Source: Lophium mytilinum (taxonomy: Eukaryota). From it: a DNA stretch of 64,000 nt. Shown here piece by piece: positions 1-10,991 of this stretch. Position 1 is the first letter of the stretch, and every line of letters starts with the position of its first letter. The DNA is taken from the NCBI GenBank assembly GCA_010093605.1, contig MU004197.1, positions 1,178,001 through 1,242,000 of the forward strand. The letters run 5' to 3'. The translations under genes and the position numbers were made by a program. The notes beneath the pieces were generated by a model. It was not told the DNA's origin. It did no database searches and saw nothing but the letters and a program-made list of their open reading frames with translations.

Positions 1-248
1 TCGATGTGAGAATAGATGGATAGATAGATAGATAGGAATTGTATTACTTGAGTTCTATTCTACATTAACAGCAACGGAGTTGTATATATACAGCATTTAA
101 TGCATTGTAAAACGTTTCTCTAACGTTCTTGTAACGTTATCCAGCGTTCGTTGTATCACGTTCAAACGCTCACGGTTTTGTCCCGTTTGAAGTCTTTTGA
201 GCCTATTATGCGTAAGGATATAACGCTTATGCTATTATAATCTTTACA
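1..248 (-). repeat. 3' LTR of the copia element (outer end probably cut by the window edge)
   Basis: Aligns with 5242-5489; differences are almost all C/T and G/A transitions. Confidence 0.9.
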
Positions 249-295
249 CACTCCCTTAAGCGTTATATGCTTATTTTGTATATTCTTTTTTGAAT

Positions 296-303
296 AGATA
301 GAG

Positions 304-389
<86 letters not shown>
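296..389. repeat. (GATA)n/(TAGA)n microsatellite inside the copia element
   Basis: About 20 near-perfect GATA units; shorter runs at 414-437, 4580-4720 and in both LTRs. Confidence 0.95.
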
Positions 390-390
<1 letters not shown>

Positions 391-3300
391 ATTTCTTTTT
401 CTTCTTCTTTGCACAGATAGATAGATAGATAGATAGATAAAATCTATATATCTATGTATTTGCGCAATAGAGTTATATCTATATATCTATGTATCTATTT
501 AGTGTCTAATCTCATATAGTCTACTATTTTAGTAAAACTACTTCCCACTAATGGTTTAGTGAATATATTAGTTATTTACTCCTTAGTATTAAGGTAGGCT
601 AGCTTTATTAATCCATTTTAAACATTTTCTCTTACAAAATGATATTATATATCTATATGTTTAGTTTTTGAGTGGTGTTCAGGATTATTAGCTAATTCTA
701 TAGCTGATTAACTATCCGTAAATAGATAGAAGTCTTCTGTATTTTTAATATTAAGTTGTTTTAATATACTTTTTAAGTATATATATTCTTTTATAGTTTC
801 TTTTAAAGCTATATATTTAGCTTCGCAACTAGATAGTGCTATAGATCTCTATAGTTTACTATTCCAGCTAATAGGTGTTTTTCTATAGGAAAAGTAATAT
901 CCTGTAGTAGATTTTCTTCCTATTATATTACCCCCGTAATCTGCATTAGAATAGCCTAATATATATAGTGCAGGATTATTAGGAGAAAATTTAACGCTTA
1001 TTCCTTGCGTAGGCTTATATAATAAGTATTTCCATATCCTTTCTAAGGCTTTAAAGTGAATAGGACTAGGATTAGACATAAAACAAGCGCATAGATTTAC
1101 GCTATAGGCTATATCTAGTCTTATTTTTATAGATAGATAGATAAGACTTCCAACTTATTATTAGTATAGTTTTATATCCTCTTTTAATGCCTGTTTATTG
1201 TTTTTCTCTAGTTTTATACCTATTTCTCCTAGTATAAAGACGGGATTTAGTTTCTCTTTATTAAATCTTTTTAATAGACTTTTTGTATACTTTTTCTAGC
1301 TTAATAATAGGGTTCTTTCCTTTCTATTATATATTATTTCCATGCCTAGAAAATAGGATATAGGCCCTAAGTTTATTAATTCTAAGTCTTTACTTAGTTT
1401 TAATTATAGATTTTCTATATCTTTTATATTTAGGCTAAATACTAATAAATTATCTATGTAGTAGACTATTATTATAGTTTTATTTTTAAATACTGCCTGC
1501 TCTGCAATAGTACTTTTAAAACTGTACTTTTCTAAATATATAGCTAAATGGATATACTATTGTCTAGGGGACTATTTTAAGCCGTATAATGCTTTATTTA
1601 GCTTATAGACTTTATTATTTATATTAAAACCATGTAGTTATTCTATGTATAGTTCTTTATCTAAGTCTATATGCGTAAATGCGTTTTTAAAATCCTATTA
1701 TATTATTTCCTAGTTATAATAAGTAGCTAATACAAGTAATAGCCTATATACTTCTAGGCGGCAGGTATTAGTAAAGGTTTCTTTATAATCTACGCTGTAG
1801 ACTTAGCTAAAACCTTTTACTACCCATCTTGCCTTATATTTAGATATATTATTATCTATATCGGTTTTAATTTTATAAACCCAGCGTCCTTTTAACGCAT
1901 TTCTATTTACTAGTAAGTCTACTAACTTCCAGGTATTTTACTTATTAAGCTAGTCTATTTCTATTTACATAGCTTCTTTCTATTTCTTATTATATAGAGA
2001 TTCTATAGCTTGTTTATACATATTTAGCTCGTTGTTATTATTAATAATAAAGGCTAATTCGTCTTTAGATAGATTATCTATATATGTATTTATAGATAAT
2101 TAAGTTTAGTTTCTATCTATGTATATGTTTAATAATTAATTTTTATCTATATATCTATTTATTAAATTTAGATTTTATATATATCTTTAAATAGATAGAT
2201 TTTTAGATAGTTTTATAGCTAATTTATCTTTAGATAAGCTTTTATCTATAATAGTACTACTTTCGTCTCTAATAGTATTATTACTACTCATTATAGTATT
2301 ATCTATATTTCCATGTTCTTTTAGTAGTTTTATAGCATATTCTATAGAGCTTTCCTTTTTATTTACTTTATTCTTTGTATTTAGAAAGCTTTCTATTATA
2401 GTTATATCTCTTGCCTAGAAAATTTTATTAGTTTCTATATCTAATAATCTATACGCATTTAAACCATAGCCTAATATTATAGCCTTTTTAGCTCTTGGTT
2501 TTAATTTAGTTATTTACGTTTTAACCTTATAAAAAGCTATAGAGCCAAAGATTTTTATATTATCTATTTTAGCTTTTCTTTTATAATATAGCTTAAATAG
2601 CGTTTTATCTTTTAAGCTAGAGTGCAGCGTTCTATTATATATATATATAGCCGCATTTACAGCTTCTCTCTATAGGTTAAAAGGTAAATTAGCTATATAT
2701 AATAGAGCCCTTACTATATTAAATATAGTTAAGTTAATTTACTCTACTAGACCGTTTTGTTCCGGCGTATAGGGGCTTAAGAATTAATGGGTTATACCTG
2801 TTTTTAAAAGAGTTATTTTAAACTTCTTATTTATATATTCTCCCCTATTATTAGTTTTAAAAATTTGTATTTTTCTTTTATCTCCTATATTTATATTTTT
2901 AGCCTTAGCTTTATATTCTAAAAAGGCGTTATAAGCTTTATCTTTAGATTTTAATAGTTTATATTCTATATATCTTAAAGCTGTATCTATAAAGAAGATA
3001 ACATATTTATTACCCCCTAAACTAGGTGGATTTATAGGCCCTGCTAAATCTAAAGAGACTTTTTATAGAGGAATTACTATTTTTAGTATTATTTTCTTAC
3101 TTCTCTTATTTTTTATTATTTTAGCTTTTATACAGGCTTCGCATTAAATAGGCTCTTTTATATTTATACCTAATAGTATACTAAGCTTTCTAGAGCTTAT
3201 ATAGCCTATTCTTTAGTGCTAAATAGATAGATTATTTCTATCTATATATGTATTTGTAAAATCGCTTTTATCTATCTATTTATATATTTAATTTATCTTT

Positions 3301-5225
3301 TTATCTATTTATTTTGTAAAAAGCGTTATATTCTCTATATTTATATAGTATAAAGAGTTTTTAAGTAATACTATTACTAGTATATTATTATTTTTTTATA
3401 TAATAGCTGTTTTATTCTTAAACATAATATTTATTCCTATAGAATCTAGTTTACTTATAGATATTAGATTATATCTAAAGTTAGGAATAAAAAAGCACTT
3501 TTCTAGTATAAATATATTCCCATTTAGTTTTAATTATATATTTCCTACACCTTCTACAGTTGTAGTTTTATTTTCTCCCTAATTTAATATAATAGCTTAC
3601 TTCTTATAACTAGTAAATAGATTTCTATCTACTATTATATAGCTTGTGCTCCCGGAGTCTAATATATAATTAGCTTTGTTATTAGGGGTATAATAGGATG
3701 CTAGAAATACCTTTACTTTAGCTGCATCTAGTTCTATATTAAAATTATCCTATCTAGGGTTAGATTCCTCTATAAGTAAGGATTCTTCCTTCTTATTATT
3801 ATCTTTTAGTGGTTTAAAGTACTCCTTTATTCTAAACTATTTTAGAGCTCTTTCTAGAAATAGATAGAAATAATCTTTTATAAGGTGTGTAGCTATTTTA
3901 CACTTCTTATAGTATTGTTTTTCTATTCTAGTCTTATTGTTAGGTAAGAACTTTTTAGTTCTATTAAATAGAGCCGTTTTGTGCTCTTTAGACTCTTATC
4001 TTCTTGCTTTATCTATTAAATTAAAGATTAAATTATCTAATTTAATATTAGATGAGTTTTCCCTATAGGATTACGTAACCATTATTATAAAGCCATTATA
4101 GGGGTCTGTTAGGTTATTTAAAACCTAGGCTATAATAACTTAATTTAGTAATTTAAGCTTTTTTCGCTTTTAATTAATCTATTAACTATTTTATCTTATT
4201 TAAGTAATCTTCTATAGTTAAAAACTTAGATAAAATAGTATTAAATAGCTTCTTATAAATAAGGAATTTAGAACTAAAGCCCTTTAGGCTATATAGCTTC
4301 TTTAGTAGCTTCTAAGCTTCTATTATAGTAGTAGAATACTATAATTATAATAGAGGACCGTCCTCTATAGTAAGCCTAATAGTGGCTAATGCTTTTATAT
4401 TATTTTCCTTATTAATAGGAATAGTAGTACTGCTAATAGCATTACTACAACTTTTTTCTACTAAGAGAGATTATACTCTTAGAGCCTAAACTTTGTAGTT
4501 AGATTAACCAACTAGCTTAGTAATACTGATTTTATCCATTTTAGATTAAATAGATAGCTAGATAGCCTGTTAGGTAAATAGATAGATAGATAAATAGATG
4601 GATTTCTATATATCTATAGATTTATTAAATAGATAGATTTCTATCTATCTATATATTTGGCGAATAGATAGATAGATAAATTCTATGTATCTATGTATTT
4701 AATGAATAGATAGATAGATAGAAAGAGAAATATTTTAATTTTTAATTAATTTATCTTCTTGTATTAGATAAGATAATAGGATAAAAGGTTATAATCTAAT
4801 CTAGAGTATCCAGATTTAATACGTAATAGATAATAGACGTTAGAAGGTTAATTGCGTGGTTTATAATGTAATATAAGCTTATAGAAGCTTTATAATAGTA
4901 AATATAAATTTCTTTAGTCTGATTTTGTTTATAATAGATTTATAATTCTAGATTGCGTTCTAGCTATTATATGGCGGGCTTATAATTAATAACTTCGTCC
5001 TCTTCTTTAATTTTGGCTTTGTTTTATGCTTAAAACTACTTATACGGTGGTGTAGTAGGTTTATAGGCTAGAGATGGTAATTAAGATAGTAAACGGCGTT
5101 ATTTTCGTCCAATATTTAGTTGATTTAAATAATTTTAGTCGATATTTTATTAATTTTAAGAGGGAACCTGCCTGTTAGTACTATATATAGTTGTAGATTG
5201 CATAGTACAATCCAAGCTTATAACC

Positions 5226-5489
5226 TCTTAAAGGTATAGAGTTAATATAAGAATAGATAGATAGATAGATAGATAGGAATTGTATTGCTTAAGTTCTATT
5301 CTATATTAATAGTAATAGAGTTGTATATATACAGCATTTAATGCATTATAAAACGTTTCTCTAACGTTCTTATAACGTTATCCAGCGTTTGTTGTATCAC
5401 GTTCAAACGCTCACGGTTTCGTCCCGTTTGAAGGCTTTTGAGCCTATTATGCGTAAGGATATAACGCTTATGCTATTGTAATCCTTACA
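5226..5489 (-). repeat. 5' LTR of the copia element (inner boundary approximate)
   Basis: Direct repeat of 1-248; ends ...ATCCTTACA at 5489, where unique GC-balanced DNA begins. Confidence 0.88.
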
Positions 5490-5889
5490 AGTACTCCTGT
5501 ATACTAGTTCTCAATTTAAAACGCTGCGGAGAGTCTGGGCATTCCTGCCTGCCCTCGCTATATACTTCCTGTCTACCTGCCCCTTTGTGACGCCCTGCTA
5601 CTACTTCGTCTCGAAACACGAACATATTGCGACCTCTTTGCGCCGTGCTGCTATCTCCCTTCCGCAGTCACCTTACAAATAGCCTGTCTTCGGTCTGTGG
5701 ACCAATAAATTCCTATACCGTCAAGCCTGAATCCGCGCCAGCCAACACCAGCAGATGAGCCCTCTGGTTGCGGCGACGTGGTCGGGCGATGTGGATACTC
5801 CACTTATGAGCTATCCGGTGGCGTGCTAAACTAAGCAGCAGGCCTCCATCCTCAGCTACATCTTCGATTTCCTAGAAAGAGAAGGGCAT

Positions 5890-6982
5890 GCTACGCGATT
5901 AGAAAGGCAAGTTCTGGCGCCACAAGCGGAGGACTCTCATTGTGCTCGGCGTCGTCGTTTTCTTCGCCATACCGGCCAATTGCGCCGCTGTCGCCACCGT
6001 GTTTTCTTAATCAGGATGTTCCGAGAGCCCATACCGTACCCTTCAGGCCTGGCCCCTTTCCGCACAGCAATTTGAGACTGTTGATGACTATGGAAAAGCC
6101 AACGTACAGGTAGCCGGCAATGTCGGCTGAATTCCTGAATTGGATCTCCATGACTATAGTGCCGACCCTCTGCCGGTCCTATGAGAATAGGTGGCCTTGC
6201 GCTTTGCGAATGCCAGCGAGACCAACATGACGAATCCGCATACTTTTGACTCTGAATGTTGCCAGGAGTGTGCCTCTCGCTAATGTCTGGGCTCCTGACA
6301 TTCTGCAACGTCTGTCCGATGGCAGATTTGTGATGTACTATTCTACTACTGTGGGCATTGCGACGGAAAACCACTGTGTTGGCGCTGCTATCGTGGATGC
6401 CCCCCAGGGACCTTTCAAGCCTCTCTCAACACCCTCTCGCCTGCACAACCCATCTAGGCGGCGCCATTGATGATATCGACGGCAAGATCTACGTGCCACC
6501 CAAGGTCGACGGCAATGACCATAGGCACAGCGGCATTTGCGAGAGTATGGCACCCCCCAAGCCAGTACGCCGGTCCTGCTACAGCTTCTAGAAGACGACG
6601 CAGCCACCCCAGTCAGCGTCCCTATCGAGATCTTGAACCGTAATCAGTCAGAAGGCCCCTTCGTGGAAGCGTCATCTCTCGTACGCAGCAATGAAGGGGT
6701 GTATTTCCTTCTCTTAGCTCAAGTTGCACCCGCCTGCTAAGCTACGACCTGAAATATGCGACTAGCAAGAACGTCGCAGGTCTGTACGAAAGGGTCTCGA
6801 AGCCGCTACTTGTAACTGGGAATTAGGGCTTGCTTGCGCCAGGCAGTGTCTCGGTGCGGAAAGACAGCGAGCAGTGGCGGGTGGTCCTTCATTCCAGGAT
6901 TACCACGCCGTTCGGGGACGTGAGGACTATGCATACGGGGTTGCTGGCTCTTAATAGGACGGAGGGGTTCGATGAGACATGA
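5890..6982 (+). pseudogene. Glycoside hydrolase family 43 pseudogene
   Basis: GH43 motifs are split over several frames: VWAPDI...FVMYYS...HCVGAA...GPF / LAC..GGAID..KVDGN / TPVLLQ...GPFVEASSLV...GVYFL / SYDLKYATS..LLVTGN*GLLAPG. At least three frameshifts and an in-frame TAG; 5' boundary approximate. Confidence 0.8.
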
Positions 6983-7393
6983 AAGGCTACTCATTGAGTT
7001 GACTTAGCGAGCATCACCATAAAGAGTTCTTACTGCTCTCGGCTGTTTATGACCAATTGCACTGCGATGCCATTTCGTGAGGCCATTCCATGTCTAGTCC
7101 TCTTCTAGCCATCAAAGCCAGTTGATGGGCATTTTGATATACCTCCATTAAAGACCGCCCTATTTGCAGCTAATTTACAGCAAGTAGTCCGTAGGTCTGT
7201 CCAGAGGGCGGTAGTTATGATAGTCGGTCGTTTGAAAACTAGCGTTCGTACCGCGGAATGACGTGACCGACGCCGCGGCCCCGCATGTGCCCGCCTTCCA
7301 ATCCAATGCCCACCCTCGAAAAGCGGGGTGCGCACAAAATTGTATTCAGGATATGAATTTTGTAATTTTTTCGCATCCCAAATTATTTCAATT

Positions 7394-7551
7394 GGCAACA
7401 TGGCCGAGGTAAGCAACTCCACAACCCGACGGTGTTCACCCGTTAATATTCAGCAGTGGTTATGGCGTGTGACTCAAGTTTAGGCTTACCTCTTCAAGAG
7501 GTTGTATTCTCATGGGCTTTGCCCGCGTGGGTTCGAATCCCACTGTTGTCA
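7394..7551 (+). tRNA. tRNA-Leu(CAA) with a canonical anticodon-loop intron (7479-7506) and an extra 48-nt D-loop intron (7409-7456)
   Basis: Acceptor stem GGCAACA (7394-7400) pairs with TGTTGTC (7544-7550); discriminator A. Joined D arm reads GCCGAG|TGGTTATGGC. Anticodon CAA at 7475-7477, long variable arm GGGCTTTGCCC, T arm GTGGGTTCGAATCCCAC. Confidence 0.88.
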
Positions 7552-7557
7552 GCAAAC

Positions 7558-7574
7558 TTTTTTGATCTTTTTTT
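7558..7574 (+). terminator. Pol III poly-T terminator of the tRNA gene
   Basis: T6 run just after the tRNA 3' end, followed by a T7 run. Confidence 0.75.
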
Positions 7575-7979
7575 CGGACATTAATGACATTCAACTAATA
7601 GTTCATAAACTTCTGGAGATGTAGCTCCACCGCAAACGGTCTAACATTAGCGATAATAATAAAATAGGTAATGCTATAGTTCTTTTCTTAGTTATCTCCA
7701 CCGCGGCCCGACTTCTGGTGGTGTTGCAGCAGGTCTGTAGATTTTCTGTAGTAAATTCCGCGCTATTAGACTACCTAAACAGGAAATTGGTCGTGATAGC
7801 CGAATTAACCGTATACCCACGCTGATAGGCCAACAACCCCAGAATGCTCGATCGGACATATCGGCATTTATCGATCCTAACCTCGAAAACCTCACATATG
7901 AAAGAAAAGCTACAGCCTATCAATCAAATCTCAAATCATATTCCCTGCCCTACTTAGTTCAGCTTTAGCACTCTTCCCC

Positions 7980-9046
7980 ATGGCCTCCCGCACCTTCCGT
8001 TTCCTCACTCAGGCCTGGACACCCCCTGCCAACCCCACCACCTCGTTCGCTGGAAAAAACGTTCTCATCACCGGCGCCAACACTGGCCTGGGGTTCGAGG
8101 CTGCAATCAAATTTGTCGCGCTGGGCGCAGACCGTGTGATTCTGGGCGTGCGCGATCTTACCAAGGGCAACCGCGCTAAAGAGCTCATCGAGCAACGGAC
8201 GGGAGTAAAAGGAAAGACAGAGTCATGGCAGCTTGATATGTGCGATTATGAAAGCATGAGAAGGTTTGCAACGAAAGCTGCGAAGCTAGAAAGGCTGGAT
8301 GTCGCAGTGCTGAATGCGGGCGTGTATAAGGTGCGGTATGACAAGTCGAAGTATGGATGGGAGGAGACACTGCAGGTCAACGTGATCTCGACGGCGTTGC
8401 TAGGGATGCTACTGCTTCCGGTGTTGAAGAAGGCGAGAAGAAAGAGTGACGTGTTGCCGGTGCTGGAAATCGTAACGTCTGGGAATCATGAGACGATTCA
8501 GATTCCTGAGGAGAAGAGAGGGAAGGAGAAGATTTTGGCGTCATACAACGGACTCAAGGATTACGACGCGAGCGCGCAGTATAAGACGTCAAAGCTCTTT
8601 GCGATGTATGTCATGTAGAGCTTGGCTATGTTGGCTCGATCCGAGGATGAAGAGCCGGAGGTGCTCGTCACATTGGTTTGCCCTGGCGCTGCGAAGTCGG
8701 ATCTTAGTCGAGGGTATGATGGACTGGGGATACGGATGATGAAAAGTGTCTTGAATACTGTTTTTCTGAGGATTACAGAGCAGGGTGCAAGGTCTTTGGT
8801 AAGTGGTGTCACTTTGGAGAAAGAGGCTCATGGGAGATTCTGGCAACATGATGAGATCAGGCCGTACGTTCATTGTCTTCCACACTCTTCGATGCCAGCT
8901 GATATATACCTAGGCCAGCACCATTAGTATCTGGGACTGAAGGAGAAGGATTGAGGCGGAAGGTCTGGGCTGAAGTCATCAAAGCGTTTGGTAATATCCC
9001 CGAGCTAATCAGCGCCGAGCTCAGCCCCTCGAAGGATCAGATCTAG
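7980..9046 (+). pseudogene. Short-chain dehydrogenase/reductase (retinol dehydrogenase-like) with one in-frame TAG at 8616-8618
   Basis: Motifs ITGANTGLG, LNAG and YKTSK (YxxxK). The frame continues after the TAG (VTLVCPGAAKSDL). Intron 8864-8913; last exon LRRKVWAEVIKAF ends at TAG 9044-9046. Confidence 0.82.
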
Positions 9047-9465
9047 CGTTAGCTTGATAGTAGGAAAAGCAGAGGTGTCGAATTGGGATTCTGAATGAGA
9101 CCTTTTATAATCTGAGTACGGTCACCAAAGTCGGCATGATAGATTTAGTGGCAATGCTTTTTGGAGAAAGATCCATTATCTAGCTCAAAATATTGATCAG
9201 AGTAGGTGGCAAAGTTGAGATTCCTTGAAAGCTCAAATCACCTCCCATACGGTCTCCAAATACCCTGTATATGTGATCCTAATCTCGAGCGCTGGTCCAT
9301 TAACCAAACTCCCAGCTCCAGCCGTCCAGCGGCGTGTAGAGTCGTCTCATCACCGTCCGTTCGAGTCCGGTCCAATCTTTCGTCACGCTGGCTTCCAGAT
9401 GTGACGTCCAGCTACCTCTTCCACCGATCCAATAGTGTGTTTCCAGCTCTTGTCCAAGTATCTGC

Positions 9466-10400
9466 TCATCCTAGCCTCCGATAACGAACAGTTTGATAGG
9501 TAACGATACCAATTCCCTCACCAGGGTGGCGAGGCGAGCGCTTCACCCACCACCGTCGTGGGAACCCACTGATCCTGCCTTGGGTAGGCAAGACCCAGTT
9601 TTTCTTGTCTAGTTCGTCCTTCCAGGAGTCCATCAACTGTAGATAGATTAGCCAATGCCACCGACAAAAACGGTAGACTTGTGCGTTTCACTCACCTCAT
9701 TATTCAGCGCCACCTTGCTTGCACGAGTCTCCGCATCCTCATCTGGAAGGTACAACGGAATTGGAAGCGCGTTACCAATAGGATCTCCCCTCACTAATTC
9801 CGTGTTCGTCCTACGTCGCTGTGGCAGACACGACCTGCCATTTCGAATGCAGCGCGTGCACGCCGGCAAAGTGCGAGAGCAGGGGAGCTTCGCGAGCACG
9901 CAGTGTAAACACGACGTCACCAACAGGACCTTGAGGGACTCTATCTTGTTGTTGGTCGTATTATCGAGGGCGGAACGGCTTCCAATTTTGCGAACAACCT
10001 CGGGCTCAACCATGGAGCCATCTGCAGTTGAGCCGCACACCTCGTCGTGACTGATAGGAGCTGAAATTTCGTCTTCGGCTTCGGTGTCAAATGCAAGGGC
10101 TTGAAGGATTTTGCAGGGTGTCGGTTGAAGAGATGCGACGCAACTTTGATATCCGGACAGGCTGGTTGACGAAGACAGGGGGGAAGCATTGAGCGTTGTG
10201 GAGACTGTTAGGTCGAAATAACTCAGGTCCGTGGTGTTTGAGTAAGAAGCAGACAGATCTTCGTCGATTGTTTGCGTAGGCGGGGTGGAGGGGCTGGCGG
10301 GACGACTTCTAGCAAATTCGTCGAGAGAGTGGATTGCGATTGGCACGGTTTGAAGCCATTGCCGCACGCTTGCGAGCTCAGGGGTAGCTGAATCCACCAT
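9466..10400 (-). CDS. Protein with a Zn(II)2Cys6-type cluster
   Basis: CLHC-x6-C-x6-CTRC-x6-C in ORF 9648-10400. GTGAG...CTAAT...CAG intron at 9637-9695; last exon LMDSWKDELDKKNWVLP...HPGEG ends TGA at 9466. Confidence 0.7.
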
Positions 10401-10991
10401 TGTGGATAGGTCAATTTAAGTGTTGTAATTGCTAGAAGATGGTCTGAAGGTGTTGTTGTAGTTACTGGGAGAAGGCGGGCCAAACAGTCTGATTTGAATA
10501 GGTTAGTGGGTCTAATTGTCCCACAATTGAGTGAAGTGGAAGCCACCCCTTCACTGTCACGACCATTGCCTGTAGAACAGGCAACGAGAAGACAGCTTCT
10601 TACCGCCGATGGACTCACCACTGTGTGCTATTCAACACGCACAATAGAATTGGTAAGAACAATGACCAAGTTCACCCTAGTTGGCCCGTGCATGGCCAAA
10701 GCGGCGCATGACCGTGGGTCTCTTACCGCCAAAATATAGCAACGCTGTAATAATCTCTGCTGGAGATCCATTGAAGACGACCCAGCACTGCGTTGGCGCG
10801 ATTTGGAGGTGGAGATAGGATGTCCGTACGGGGAGCTCTGAGTGAGCAAGATTTGACATATGCGACGAAAACCAAATAGAGCGAATTGAATCTTAAAATG
10901 CCATTGAAGCCATATATGCATTGATCCAAACCGTCCTGCATGTTGGGTATCTCCGCTCTTCTCCAAGGCAACTTCATGCGCTTTACTGAGA

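Larger units (their letters stand above)
1..5489 (-). mobile_element. Ty1/copia LTR retrotransposon, heavily RIP-mutated and non-coding
   Basis: Direct repeats at 1-248 and ~5226-5489 both end ...TTACA. A polypurine tract (minus AAGGGAGTG) abuts the left LTR and a PBS-like GGTTATAAGC abuts the right LTR. Residual ORF 849-1079 (GYSNADYGG...RKSTTGY...PISWNSK) matches copia RT/RNase H. Very AT-rich and TpA-rich. Confidence 0.93.

Noticed and set aside
7394..7551. tRNA as a Ser-body tRNA with a Leu anticodon (codon reassignment)
   Set aside because: The variable arm resembles yeast tRNA-Ser, but discriminator A73, G37 and the T arm fit ordinary tRNA-Leu; nothing else supports recoding.
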